In this document: piece by piece, positions 50,545-61,366 of the stretch
Layout of the letters: every line of letters begins with the position of its first letter
Position numbering within the stretch: the stretch's first letter is position 1
Virus record (IMG/VR): IMGVR_UViG_3300042882_000890
Coordinates: 1-64,000 of that record
From: a virus
Length of the DNA: 64,000 nucleotides
Strand: one strand, 5' to 3'
The notes under the pieces: model-generated
Database searches by the model: none
Seen by the model: the letters and a program-made list of their open reading frames with translations, nothing else
Told to the model about the DNA's origin: nothing
Program-made: the position numbers and the translations under genes

Positions 50545-51522
50545 ATGAGCATCTTCGTAGAAAGAAAAAATTACAAGCCATTCGAGTATAATGGCATTAC
50601 AGACCCACTAATCAATGCAATGTGGGCGAGTCATTGGACTCACAACGAATTTAACTTCTTGAATGATATTCAAGACTATAAAACAAAACTAACAGTTGAA
50701 GAACAAGGGGTAATAAAAAGAGCCATTTTGTTGACCTCGCAAGTAGAGGTTGCTGTAAAATCTTATTGGTCTAATATAGGAAAGTTACTTCCTAAACCGG
50801 AGATAGCAGACATGGGTGCTGTTTTTGGTGGAGTTGAAGTTATTCACTCAAAAGCTTACGCAGAGATTTTATCTAAGCTAGGGTTAGAAGACCAGTTTAA
50901 TGATATTTTTAACGAGCCGGTTGTTGTCGGTAGAGTTAACTACTTGTCAAAGTATATCAACAAGATTTATAAAAACGACCACAAGAACATTTGTTACTCT
51001 TTGGTTCTTTTTACATTGTTTACTGAGAACACAGCACTATTCTCTCAGTTTTACACTATCCTAGGTTTTAACAGATTTAGAGGTGTTTTGAAAGATGTTG
51101 CAAATGTTGTTCAATACACATCAAAAGAGGAAAATTTACATGCTGAGGGGGGAATTGCTTTACTTAACCAAATCAGAGCAGAGCACCCAGAATTATTTGA
51201 TTCGGAGTTTACTCAAAAAATCCAAGAAGAGGTACAAGAGGCTTTCATAGCTGAGTCGGACTTGATTGATTGGATTTTGGAAGGGTATCAGAATGAGTTT
51301 TTGTCTCCGGAAATATTGAAAGGGTACATCAAGATTAGATTAAATGATTCTTTGGTAAAAATTGGAATGGAGCCGGCATTTGAGATTGACTCAGAAATAA
51401 GAGAAAAGACACTATGGATGGAAGAAGAGGTTTACGCAAGTGCCTTGACTGACTTCTTTCACAAAAAGCCTATTGACTACTCTAAAAAAATGAAAGTATA
51501 TAACGAAGAAGGATTGTTTTAA
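50545..51522 (+). CDS. nrdB: ribonucleotide reductase class I beta subunit
   Basis: EVIHSKAY, EENLH di-metal ligands and DFF motifs. Confidence 0.95.
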   Translation: MSIFVERKNYKPFEYNGITDPLINAMWASHWTHNEFNFLNDIQDYKTKLTVEEQGVIKRAILLTSQVEVAVKSYWSNIGKLLPKPEIADMGAVFGGVEVIHSKAYAEILSKLGLEDQFNDIFNEPVVVGRVNYLSKYINKIYKNDHKNICYSLVLFTLFTENTALFSQFYTILGFNRFRGVLKDVANVVQYTSKEENLHAEGGIALLNQIRAEHPELFDSEFTQKIQEEVQEAFIAESDLIDWILEGYQNEFLSPEILKGYIKIRLNDSLVKIGMEPAFEIDSEIREKTLWMEEEVYASALTDFFHKKPIDYSKKMKVYNEEGLF

Positions 51523-51523
51523 T

Positions 51524-53170
51524 ATGAAAAATTATTATTGGTTAAATGAAGATTCTAGGAAATTCCTAGCAAAAGATTATTTACTTCCGGAAGCTACACC
51601 GGAAGCACGTGTTAGAGAGATTGCAGAAACAGCCGAAAAGATTCTAGGTATACAAGGTTTTGCAGACAAATTTGAAGGGTATATGGCTAGAGGATTTTTC
51701 TCTTTGGCTACACCGGTTTGGATGAACTTTGGGTTAGACCGTGGTTTACCTATTTCTTGTTATGGAATTGACATACAAGACGACACCATGGATATTTTAA
51801 GAGCAAATGCTGAGATTGGTGCCCTCACAAAAATGGGCGGTGGTACTGCCGGTTACTTCGGAAAGTTGAGAGGGCGAGGGGCTCCTATCAGAAACAACGG
51901 AGTTTCTAACGGGGCTGTTAGCTTCTTGTTACCATTCCAAACTACAACAGATGTTATCACCCAAGGACAAGCACGTAGAGGTTACTTTGCGGCTTACTAC
52001 CCAGTAGATGGTGCTGACATCGAGGAGTTCTTACACTGTCGAGAAGAGGGGCACATTATCCAAAATATAGCATTGGGGGTTTGTATCTCAGATGAGTGGA
52101 TGGAAGCGGTGGAAGCCGGAGATAAAGATAAGAGAAAGATTTTAGCTAAGATACACCAAAAGAGAGCTGAGTCAGGTTTTCCTTATATCTTCTTTACTGG
52201 GAATGTTAACAAAAACAAGCCTAAGGTTTACAAAGACAAAGATATGCAGATTAACCACTCTCAGATGTGTACCGAGATTTTAGAATACACAGACGAGTTC
52301 AAGTCTTTTGTTTGCTGTTTATCTTCTATAAACCTTTTACATTGGGACGAGATTGTAGAGACAGATGCTGTTGAAACTTTGGCTTACTTCTTAGATGCAG
52401 TTTACACAGAGTTTATTCAAAAAGCCGAGGGTATTCCTTTTATGGAAAAAGCTTTATTGTTTGCAAAAGAACACAGAAGTATCGGTATTGGAGTTCTAGG
52501 TTGGCATAGTTTATTGCAGTCTAAGTTAATTCCTTTTGAGGGGTTAGAGTCTAAGATGTTGAACGCTGAGATATTCAGAACAATCAACGATAAGAGTTTG
52601 ATTGCTAGTATGCAGTTGGCTACAATGTTTGGAGAGCCAAAAATGTTAGAGGGTTATGGGCAAAGATTTACCACTAGGTTAGCTATTGCCCCTACAACTA
52701 GTTCTTCTTTCATTCTTGGACAAGTTAGTCCGGGAATCGAGCCACTAGAATCTAATTATTTTATCAAGGATTTAGCTAAAGGTAAGTTCGTTTACAGAAA
52801 CCCTTACTTGAAACAGCTACTAAAAGATAAAGGGCAGGACGTTCCGGAAGTATGGAATACAATCCTGTTAAAAGGTGGCTCAGTACAGCACCTAGATTTC
52901 TTAGACGAAAGAGAAAAAGGAGTCTTCAAAACATTTGGTGAGATTAGCCAATTAGAGATTGTACAACAAGCTGCTCAAAGACAAAAATTTATTGACCAAG
53001 GGCAATCATTAAATTTGATGATTCATCCGGATGTACCATTAAAAGAAGTTAACGCTTTGTTTTATGAGGCATGGAAACTTGGTATCAAAACCTTATATTA
53101 TCAACGTAGTGTGAATATGGCTCAGCAAGTCGGAAGAGAACTTATGAACTGTAGTTCGTGTGAAGGGTAA
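51524..53170 (+). CDS. nrdA: ribonucleotide reductase class I alpha subunit (no ATP cone)
   Basis: PISC, SQMCTEI, CCLSS, APTTSSS, IDQGQS, KTLYY and a C-terminal CSSC. Confidence 0.95.
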   Translation: MKNYYWLNEDSRKFLAKDYLLPEATPEARVREIAETAEKILGIQGFADKFEGYMARGFFSLATPVWMNFGLDRGLPISCYGIDIQDDTMDILRANAEIGALTKMGGGTAGYFGKLRGRGAPIRNNGVSNGAVSFLLPFQTTTDVITQGQARRGYFAAYYPVDGADIEEFLHCREEGHIIQNIALGVCISDEWMEAVEAGDKDKRKILAKIHQKRAESGFPYIFFTGNVNKNKPKVYKDKDMQINHSQMCTEILEYTDEFKSFVCCLSSINLLHWDEIVETDAVETLAYFLDAVYTEFIQKAEGIPFMEKALLFAKEHRSIGIGVLGWHSLLQSKLIPFEGLESKMLNAEIFRTINDKSLIASMQLATMFGEPKMLEGYGQRFTTRLAIAPTTSSSFILGQVSPGIEPLESNYFIKDLAKGKFVYRNPYLKQLLKDKGQDVPEVWNTILLKGGSVQHLDFLDEREKGVFKTFGEISQLEIVQQAAQRQKFIDQGQSLNLMIHPDVPLKEVNALFYEAWKLGIKTLYYQRSVNMAQQVGRELMNCSSCEG

Positions 53171-53307
53171 TTAGTTGTTATGTTATTTTTAGTTTAAGCC
53201 CTCCAGAAATGGGGGGTTTTTGTTTAATTAAAAAAAGTTTAACTTTTATTTGCACATGTTAAATATTCTCCATATCTTTGCAAAGTAAAATTGAAACATT
53301 AAAAATT

Positions 53308-53511
53308 ATGAAGATAGTATTGCTTTTATTAGGAGTTGTAACATTGTCTTGCTCTTCTGTTGAAGAAAGGATAAAAGACCACTCTTACACAAACGAATGG
53401 TACCAATTAAATACCGAAATGTACCAAGTGTACAAAACAAGAACCGGTAAAAAGTACATCACAGTGCTTAACGATAAACAAACTAATTTAAAACGTAAAT
53501 ACATTAACTAA
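53308..53511 (+). CDS. small lipoprotein
   Basis: MKIVLLLLGVVTLSC lipobox. Confidence 0.55.
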   Translation: MKIVLLLLGVVTLSCSSVEERIKDHSYTNEWYQLNTEMYQVYKTRTGKKYITVLNDKQTNLKRKYIN

Positions 53512-53512
53512 T

Positions 53513-53935
53513 ATGCACATAATAACAGTATGCCCAAGATGTAATGAGGATTTTATGTACCACGCTTCAGACAGTCATCTATTCAGAGATGAAACTATAG
53601 TTGATGAAGTTGGTAATAACGAGGTAGTAGAAACAGTTATCTGCCAAGACTGTTGCCAAAAAGAGGTAGTAAAAATTATAGAAGAGTCTAAAAGAGAAGT
53701 GTACTTAGTAAACGCCAATGAAGTTGTTGATACTAGAAACCCTCTTCTTATAGACGAATCTGGACATTGGAATTTCCCAAGACCCAAGATGTATAGTGAA
53801 GAAGAGGTTATTGAACTATTACAAAAAGCACTTACACATAGAGATGATAGAGAAACAGGTAGTTTAGTTACAGCACAAGGGGAAATAAGAACAGCTAACT
53901 TTTTTAGTTGGTTTGAGCGATTTAAAAAGAAATAA
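53513..53935 (+). CDS. zinc-finger protein with YSEEEV/FKKK modules
   Basis: CPRC..CQDC; C-terminal modules shared with the 45314 ORF. Confidence 0.6.
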   Translation: MHIITVCPRCNEDFMYHASDSHLFRDETIVDEVGNNEVVETVICQDCCQKEVVKIIEESKREVYLVNANEVVDTRNPLLIDESGHWNFPRPKMYSEEEVIELLQKALTHRDDRETGSLVTAQGEIRTANFFSWFERFKKK

Positions 53936-53939
53936 CTAT

Positions 53940-54299
53940 ATGATTGGATTAAAATATTCAACTAGGATTGTAATAATACTCAAGAATGTAGTTATCAAAA
54001 TACCTATAAGCAGAAGAGGTTATCTACAAGGAATCAACGAAAAAAAGATTTGGGATAAATATAAAAATATTACATCATTAGCAGAACTAAAATGGATGTT
54101 TATGGGTATAGTCTGTCAAAAGAGATATGATGGTATTCAATCAATACCAAACAGTGTTGTTAAACTTAACAAATCATTAATGCGTGAATTTGATTTTGAG
54201 AACTGTGATTTATACAATCCTGAAAACTGGGGAATTGATGGTAAAAAATATATTTTACTTGATTATGGTATTAATGAACACATTGCAAGTTTATACTAA
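53940..54299 (+). CDS. minimal protein-kinase-like protein
   Basis: VIKIP (Lys), NE (helix C Glu), DLYNPENW (DxxxxN) and LLDYG (DFG-like). Confidence 0.55.
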   Translation: MIGLKYSTRIVIILKNVVIKIPISRRGYLQGINEKKIWDKYKNITSLAELKWMFMGIVCQKRYDGIQSIPNSVVKLNKSLMREFDFENCDLYNPENWGIDGKKYILLDYGINEHIASLY

Positions 54300-54706
54300 A
54301 ACAACTTAAAAAGAAATAACCTTTAACAACAAGATAAACCCTAAAATTTGGGGTTTATGTAATAACAAAAAGTAATATGAAATTTGAAACGTGGTTAGAC
54401 GAAAATTACCCATACAGAAACAGAAACTACAAACAAGAGACACTGTATGCTAAGAGCAAGTATGATGAAACGTATTTAAAAAATGAATTATTAGAAATAT
54501 ACAACGAATTATGAAGTACTTATTAATATGGGCGGCTTATGAGTTTATCAGACCAAAAATGATTTGGTTGTTTTATTATCTAATTAGAAAAGGAGAGAGA
54601 TAAAAAAGGGTTATGAGTGATAAAGAAGAAAAAGTACCCTACTACAAATGGTGCTACGGAAAGTTTATCCTAGTAGGGTATGTAACAAAAGATAAAAAAT
54701 AAAATT

Positions 54707-55267
54707 ATGTACAGATTTAATCGAGAAAAGTTAGCTTACGAAAAAGTTAACGTCAGGAAGTATATCGGGATGATAATGCTTTCTTTTTTAGCAGTCCTAG
54801 TTTTGAGCTCTTTTATTTTAAAAGAAGTAGTTGTAGTTCACGCAGAAAAAGAAGTGGTATTAAAGACTAATGACAGTTTCTCTAAAGAAAAGCTGTTCTT
54901 GGAAATAGACAAGTATTCTTTCAAATACCCCGATATTATTAAGGCACAGGCTTTAGTGGAAAGTGGGCATTTCAAATCACCAGTTTTCAAGCAAAACAGT
55001 AATATGTTTGGTATGAAACAAGCCATGGTTAGAGTGACAACCGCACAAGGCTCAAACTTGAACCATGCCTATTATACCAACTGGAAAGATTGTGTTATTG
55101 ACAGGGCTTTGTATGAAGCTAGGTTCCTATCAAAACTGACTAAAGAAGAATACTTTTCATACTTAGACCAAACTTATGCTGAGGGAAAAGGTTACAGCAA
55201 TCTATTAAAGCAAGTAATTCAAAAAAACAATTTAAGTAGTGATACAGCAGAAGAAAAAGTTTTGTAA
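54707..55267 (+). CDS. membrane-anchored glucosaminidase (GH73-like peptidoglycan hydrolase)
   Basis: TM helix; AQALVESG, NMFGMK and YA..GY motifs. Confidence 0.8.
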   Translation: MYRFNREKLAYEKVNVRKYIGMIMLSFLAVLVLSSFILKEVVVVHAEKEVVLKTNDSFSKEKLFLEIDKYSFKYPDIIKAQALVESGHFKSPVFKQNSNMFGMKQAMVRVTTAQGSNLNHAYYTNWKDCVIDRALYEARFLSKLTKEEYFSYLDQTYAEGKGYSNLLKQVIQKNNLSSDTAEEKVL

Positions 55268-55766
55268 GAACTGCCAGACAGAGCAATATATTTTCTCAAA
55301 AGGTAGGTGCCAAAGATGTGCTACTATTGAAGACAGCAAGCCCATATCTAGGGGTTCCACTATTAAGAAGCAGACCGATAAAAACAAGGCAAATCGCAAA
55401 TCGCAATTTGCGATACGAGAAGTGTACTTTGACTATCATATACGTAATTGTAGGAGTTCAGAGCATAGTGGTGCCATTATTTTTTACCCTACTAGAGCAA
55501 ATTGCTGTCATCTTTTTGATAAAGCCCGGCACCCAAGCGTACAAGGTAATTTGATAAACTGTGTTTACTTGACTCTGGATGAGCATACCAAGTTTGACCA
55601 GTTGTTGTACAGTCACGAGTTTGATAAGTTGGAAGAAGAGTTCCCAAATGCTTGGAAAATTGCTAGTAGTAGAATGGTGTTATTATTACCGGAAGTAAAA
55701 GAAGAAACTAAATTTAAAAATAAGTTTGAAGAATGGATACAATTAAAACAGTTAGAGATAGACTAA
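55239..55766 (+). CDS. zinc-finger/HNH-like nuclease
   Basis: CKNC..CQRC and CHL..K..HPS..N..LT.DEH motifs. Confidence 0.5.
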   Translation: MIQQKKKFCKNCQTEQYIFSKGRCQRCATIEDSKPISRGSTIKKQTDKNKANRKSQFAIREVYFDYHIRNCRSSEHSGAIIFYPTRANCCHLFDKARHPSVQGNLINCVYLTLDEHTKFDQLLYSHEFDKLEEEFPNAWKIASSRMVLLLPEVKEETKFKNKFEEWIQLKQLEID

Positions 55767-55924
55767 ATCATGTGAAGTCCGACTTATCTCAACTATTACA
55801 GCCAAAGATGGGTAAGAGTTATTTTGATAACCAAAGAATCTTTACTCTGGAGCAAGAAAAAAAAGTTTTAGAAGAAAAGCTTGCAGAACTAAAAAACAAT
55901 TCGTAACTTTGCAAAAAAATAATT

Positions 55925-57379
55925 ATGATAGGGACAGTAAAAAAAGACAAAGAAGGTAACTTTATAGTAGTTTACCACAAAGAGTGCATAGAAGATTCAG
56001 ATGCTGTAGTAAGAGTTTCTTGTAATCTAATGCCTAGTTATAAGTATTGCAAATTTGAAGATGGCGAAACTATAGAGTTTGAGCTATTGGAGTTTGTACA
56101 AAAGGACGGTAGTTTTGATATCTATGCTAAGCCTTATTTTGATAACTTTAGTAGGATGTAATATTATGAAAGAACAGCAAAAAAAGCATCTAATCGAGAT
56201 GATGCAACAGGACGAAGAGTTGGGGTTGTACGAAGAAATCAAATTAGAAGATGTCTTCAACGATGGTAAAAGAGAGAATATTAAAAAGTTTATTGATGAA
56301 ATAAATAATTCTCCCGAACCAAATCAAGCACTTAAAGATGCTGCTGAAAAATATGCTGAAATTTATAGATGTCCAGCAACAAATTCGGATGAGTATTGCA
56401 GACACGATATTATATCAGCAATAAATTTTGGTATTAAGTTGCAACAAGAACAAGACAGATGGAAAACAGTCTTTGAAGAAATACCACCAAGCAATATCGA
56501 GCTATTAGCTGAAAGTCCTGATGGAGTTATTCACTTAACAGACTGGAGAGCAGGATATCAAATCTTCTCTTGCCAAGCTAAGTCAGAGTCAACTGATGGT
56601 TGGAAATGGAAAATAATTTAAAAAGAAATAATATGAAACCTTGGATAACAACAAAAATACAAAACCACTGTGAGCAAGTCATAGAAATAACAGCAGATGA
56701 ATCATTTTCTTCAATCGAGTTTTCTTTTTCAGAAGCAGATGGTACCCACATGACAAACCCTCTTTATATTAATAAAGATGAACTTCCGGTGCTTATACAA
56801 AAATTACAAGAAATGATGGAGTACGTAACAACTAAATAAAATGAAAATAGTAATATCAGAGCATTGTTTTGGCAATGACGTTTATGTTGATGGTGTAGAT
56901 TTAACAGAGGCAGAAGAGGGATTGTTTGACCCCCAAAAACAGAAGGACTGTCGTGGGGCTATTCTTCTTGAAATTATGCAGAATATGGATAATATCTCGG
57001 CATACCATTGGAATGAATTAGTACAAATGGCAGTAGAAAATAATCCAAGATACCAATTAAACGCAGAAGAAAGTTCTAGTGAAGTTTGTGAGCAATGTGG
57101 GAATTGGAACAGTAGCACAGTATATGACAAAATATGAGAGATAGTTTAAAACTTTTCACAACAGGGTTTGTGCAGGTATTTTTTGTAGCGGTTAACACTT
57201 ACTTTCTGAGTAAAAGCTTTTTTGTGGGGGTGTTTATATGTGGGTTTATGATTTCATTTATATGGAGTTGGAATGTTAAAAAAGTTGCATTTGGAACAAT
57301 GCACGATAGAATAGCTTACGCAAGTGGAGCCGGATTTGGTTCCTTAATAGGATTAATAATTTCAAAATTTATAATTTAA
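55925..57379 (+). other. small hypothetical ORFs (55925, 56166, 56633, 56841, and 57134 membrane protein)
   Basis: Tightly packed co-oriented ORFs. Confidence 0.6.
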
Positions 57380-57380
57380 T

Positions 57381-57908
57381 ATGCAAGTAAAAGTAAAAAG
57401 ATTATCAGAAGATGCAGTAATCCCTATGTATGGGAAACCGGGGGATGCCGGTATGGATTTAACAGCAACTTCAAGACACTTCGATTCAGACGGTAACGTG
57501 GTTTACGGAACAGATTTAGCCTTTGAAATACCGGAAGGTTTTGTAGGATTACTGTTTCCTAGGAGCTCCAATGCCAAGAAAGATTTAACATTAACTAATT
57601 CGGTAGGTGTTATCGACAGTGGCTATAGAGGAGAAGTGTCGTTTAAATTCAAACCAGCCGCTTTCTTTGCAGAAGATTCGTGGGAAAATCCTGGAGATAA
57701 AGATATTAAAAGTTATTGGTTTGATTACACTATGTTACCAAAAGGTCAAAATCAAGATAGTGATAACTACGGATGTGAGTTATACAAAATTGGAGATAGA
57801 ATAGGTCAAATTATAATTATGCCTTACCCCCAAGTAACCTTTGAAGAGGTTTCAGAACTTTCATCTACAGAGCGTGGAGAAGGTGGTTTTGGTAGTACTG
57901 GTAAATAA
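57381..57908 (+). CDS. dut: trimeric dUTPase
   Basis: AGMDL, PRSS, GVIDSGYRGE, GDRIGQ and RGEGGFGSTG motifs. Confidence 0.97.
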   Translation: MQVKVKRLSEDAVIPMYGKPGDAGMDLTATSRHFDSDGNVVYGTDLAFEIPEGFVGLLFPRSSNAKKDLTLTNSVGVIDSGYRGEVSFKFKPAAFFAEDSWENPGDKDIKSYWFDYTMLPKGQNQDSDNYGCELYKIGDRIGQIIIMPYPQVTFEEVSELSSTERGEGGFGSTGK

Positions 57909-58048
57909 ATTTTGTTTATTGTAAAATAAGTTGTATCTTTGCAGAATGAAAAAAAGAATTATGTTTTGGTTATGGGTACTCTGGTACTTTTTTATAATAG
58001 GTGTCGAGATATATTGTTCAATTTGGTTATTAAAAAAAGTTTTCTAAG

Positions 58049-58651
58049 ATGTACATAAATTTTGAATTAGCTAAAACAAAAGGGTTGACCCCCACAGATG
58101 TAGTTAACCTACAACTTATTTCTCAGAACAAGACAGAGAATTTAGAAGGGGTTATTTTTGATAATATCCCCCTTCGTATTCTTCACTCTTACCAAGAGCA
58201 AGAACTTGTTACGTTAATCAAAGCAAAGAACAAAAGCGAATCTATTCATAATAGAGTTAGGCTAACACCAAAGGGGCATGCTTTACTAGAAGACTTACAA
58301 GTACCTGAGGTAAATGAGGATGATTTACAACTGTACGGTTGGCTAGAATCAACTTACCAAAGAGAGGGCAAAGAGTTAGGTAACAGAAAGAAGACTAAGC
58401 TTTATATTGCTTTATTCAGAGGACACTCAGGTATTGATAGAAACAAGTTAGCCCTTCTTTGTAAAGCTTTTATGAATGACAGCAGTCAATTTGAGTGGTC
58501 AAAGAGATTAGAGTTTTTGTTCTTTAAGCCCGGAAATGTGTTCTCAGTTAGGTTTGATTTAGAGCAGTCCAAGTTGTACCAATACTACATAAAGCACAAA
58601 GAAGAATTTGATGATAAATTTAAAAAAATAGACGAAAAAGAAAATGATTAG
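58049..58651 (+). CDS. replication-associated hypothetical protein
   Basis: Overlaps the helicase gene; RLTPKG winged-helix-like motif. Confidence 0.5.
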   Translation: MYINFELAKTKGLTPTDVVNLQLISQNKTENLEGVIFDNIPLRILHSYQEQELVTLIKAKNKSESIHNRVRLTPKGHALLEDLQVPEVNEDDLQLYGWLESTYQREGKELGNRKKTKLYIALFRGHSGIDRNKLALLCKAFMNDSSQFEWSKRLEFLFFKPGNVFSVRFDLEQSKLYQYYIKHKEEFDDKFKKIDEKEND

Positions 58652-59801
58652 ACCCTTAGGAGAAGTAGTAGACAGGTCGTTTAGAGACTTAAACAAATAC
58701 CAAAAAGGTAAAAGTAAGCCAGTTAAGACTGGGAGAGAGTGGTTAGATGAAATCTTTGGGGGGCTATTGCCAGGAGACATTACCACTATTGCCGGACAAT
58801 CCGGGGGTGGTAAGTCCTTTGAGTTACAGCGTATCAAAAACTTTGTAATGCAGGTAGATAACAATGTAGATGCCAAAGATTTTATTTGGTTAGACTATGC
58901 TTGGGAGATGCGTTTTTTGTCTAATATTCTTCGTGACCTTAACAAGAGCTTGAAGAAGACTAAGAAAGAAATCTTAACAGAAGAGTTCTCAGATGAGGAA
59001 AAAGCGTTAGTTAAATCTTATGCAGAAAATTTATCTGACGGTAGATTTTTTATTAACGAGGAAACTATAACTCCCAGAGCCTTTGAAAAAGAGGCTAGGG
59101 CTTTCTTAGAGCAACACAAAGATAAAAAAGGTGTCTTTATATCAGTTGACCACATTGCGTTGGCTATGGACGAAACAGGAGAGAAAAAAGCCACTGTAGA
59201 TGCAATCATTGAGATTATCAACAGATTAAAGAAAGAGTTTCCTAATACATACTGGATTATCTTATCGCAGATGAACCGTAACATACTAGGTAGAATTAAA
59301 GATAAGGACATAAACGCTATGCCAAATAGGTCAGACATCTTTCAGTCAGATGCTATGTTCTTTATTTCCGATTACTTATATGTTTGTCACAATCCATATA
59401 GACTTGGTATCAAGCAGTTCTCTAGGGTTAATGAAGAAGCTTACGAATATTTAAGTAACCATTTCTGTGAGGAAAAGAACGGTAAGGTATCGTTTGACAC
59501 TTTAGGTAAGATGTTCTACCTTGTACTTAAATCTAGAGAGTCAGACGTAATGTTTAAAGATATCTTTATTGAGGATGTTGGTGTTAAAGATAAAGAAAAA
59601 TACCGGGATAAGCCAGAGTCGGTTACTCAATCAATTGATGTGCCCTTTTTCAAAAACAAAGTTGAGGATGTTATATTTGAGCCCCCTGCTCCTAAACTAT
59701 CTAATCCGCAAGAGGCTTTTGGTGCAGCTTTTGATAGTACCAAAGCTTTTTCTTTTAGTCAACCACCTGTTGATGACGATGACGACAATGCACCGTTTTA
59801 A
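58644..59801 (+). CDS. DnaB-like (SF4) replicative helicase
   Basis: GGLLPG, AGQSGGGKS, WEM, VDHI, LSQMNR and KSR motifs. Confidence 0.88.
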   Translation: MIRPLGEVVDRSFRDLNKYQKGKSKPVKTGREWLDEIFGGLLPGDITTIAGQSGGGKSFELQRIKNFVMQVDNNVDAKDFIWLDYAWEMRFLSNILRDLNKSLKKTKKEILTEEFSDEEKALVKSYAENLSDGRFFINEETITPRAFEKEARAFLEQHKDKKGVFISVDHIALAMDETGEKKATVDAIIEIINRLKKEFPNTYWIILSQMNRNILGRIKDKDINAMPNRSDIFQSDAMFFISDYLYVCHNPYRLGIKQFSRVNEEAYEYLSNHFCEEKNGKVSFDTLGKMFYLVLKSRESDVMFKDIFIEDVGVKDKEKYRDKPESVTQSIDVPFFKNKVEDVIFEPPAPKLSNPQEAFGAAFDSTKAFSFSQPPVDDDDDNAPF

Positions 59802-59967
59802 TACTAGCCCCCTCTATTAACTTAGTGGGGGTTTTTTGTTCATTATAATTCAGTGTTCACGTAGAATGAACAGAGCAAAAAAATGAACATTAAAAAATAT
59901 TTACAAAAAAGCTTGTGTAATTAAAAAACTTATCGTAATTTTGCAAAGTGAAATTAAAACATTAATT

Positions 59968-60394
59968 ATGAGCAATAAAATTAAATCCGTATTCAATGCT
60001 TTCAAAAAAGATTTTATTAATGACTATCCCGATAACGAGGGTTGTGATAAATTCCTAGTAAGACCAGAGAATGTTTACTCAAAGAAAACATTAACCCTAA
60101 ACAGAGATTTAGGTATTCATAAACTAAATAAAAAACAAAATGACAAAGTACGATAACCTAATGAAGCATTTTTTAGACAAAGGTTTTTCTGTTAAAGAGG
60201 ATGTCTATATAGAGACTGTAGGGTATGATAAACCTACAGAAGAGTATGGCTTTACTGTACAAATAAAAAAATCTAAAAAGAAAGTTGTAGAGCTTTTTTA
60301 TAGCTTCAAAGACAACAAGGACGTTATTGATTACGTCCAAATGTGGGAAACAAAATTCAAGTTAGTAGAAAAAGAACAAAAACAAATTTTTTAA
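59968..60394 (+). other. two small hypothetical ORFs (59968-60156, 60140-60394)
   Basis: ORFs after the promoter at 59936. Confidence 0.55.
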
Positions 60395-60395
60395 T

Positions 60396-61082
60396 ATGGT
60401 AATAGGTATTAGTGGGCGATTAGGCTCAGGAAAAGACACAGTAGGAGAAATTATCCAGTATTTAACTTTGCCAGGAGAACGTGGTGAATACATAGGATTT
60501 CAAACTTATGATAATACTACTCTTGAAAGAAACTCTACTTTTAAGATTAAGAAATTCGCAGGGAAGTTAAAAACTATTGCATCATTGCTTACAGGTATCC
60601 CTGTAGAAAGATTTGAAGACCAAGAGTTTAAGAAGCAGTATATGGAACTTGAATGGGAGATGACTTACAGAGAGTTTCTTCAGAAGCTTGGTACAGAAGC
60701 AATGCGTGAAGGGTTACATAAAAATGTATGGGTGAATGCTTTGTTTGCTGATTATAAATGTGAACATGAAATTATATTTGACTCGCAAAGAACTAACAAT
60801 CCTTTACAACCTAAGGAAGTTACTAATGAATTACTTCAGTATCCTAACTGGATTCTGACAGACATGAGATTTCCTAATGAGATGGAAGCTGTTGAATTAA
60901 GAGAAGGTATTACTATTAGAGTAAATAGAAATAATGGTACAAGAGCAATTGATGTAAATCCTCATCCAAGCGAAACAGCTCTTGATGATGCTAAGTTTGA
61001 TTATGTAATTGATAACGATGGAACTTTGGATGAGTTAGTTGAAAAAGTTCGTGTAATATTAACCAAAGAAAAAATAATATAA
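60396..61082 (+). CDS. deoxynucleoside monophosphate kinase
   Basis: GRLGSGKDT, FAGKLK, REFLQKLGTE, TDMRFPNE and HPSE motifs. Confidence 0.92.
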   Translation: MVIGISGRLGSGKDTVGEIIQYLTLPGERGEYIGFQTYDNTTLERNSTFKIKKFAGKLKTIASLLTGIPVERFEDQEFKKQYMELEWEMTYREFLQKLGTEAMREGLHKNVWVNALFADYKCEHEIIFDSQRTNNPLQPKEVTNELLQYPNWILTDMRFPNEMEAVELREGITIRVNRNNGTRAIDVNPHPSETALDDAKFDYVIDNDGTLDELVEKVRVILTKEKII

Positions 61083-61366
61083 TGGAGTATGTAGGAATTA
61101 ATGAAGAGTTCGATACTTGGAGAGACTCTTGGCAGGATAGTAAGTTTATAATTGAACTTAACCAGAGACAACGAGAAAAAGATTTCCGTGAAGGTTATAG
61201 GAGAGGTTTTGAGATGGCTATAAAAGTAGCAGAAAAAGTAACAAGACTAGAAGTAATACAACATTCTGCTCCATACAACGGAAGAGCTTACACAAACTAT
61301 GCCGCCAAAGAGGTGGAAGTTCAATATCAAGATGGTGGCAGAACACTCAAAGTATTTTGTAAATAA
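61082..61366 (+). CDS. hypothetical protein
   Basis: 94 aa ORF. Confidence 0.55.
   Translation: MEYVGINEEFDTWRDSWQDSKFIIELNQRQREKDFREGYRRGFEMAIKVAEKVTRLEVIQHSAPYNGRAYTNYAAKEVEVQYQDGGRTLKVFCK

Noticed and set aside
30576-59967. TTG/GTG starts given by the track (30576, 41740, 49286, 53278, 59941 and others)
   Set aside because: They fall inside promoter -7 boxes or RNA elements; downstream ATGs with A-rich leaders fit better.
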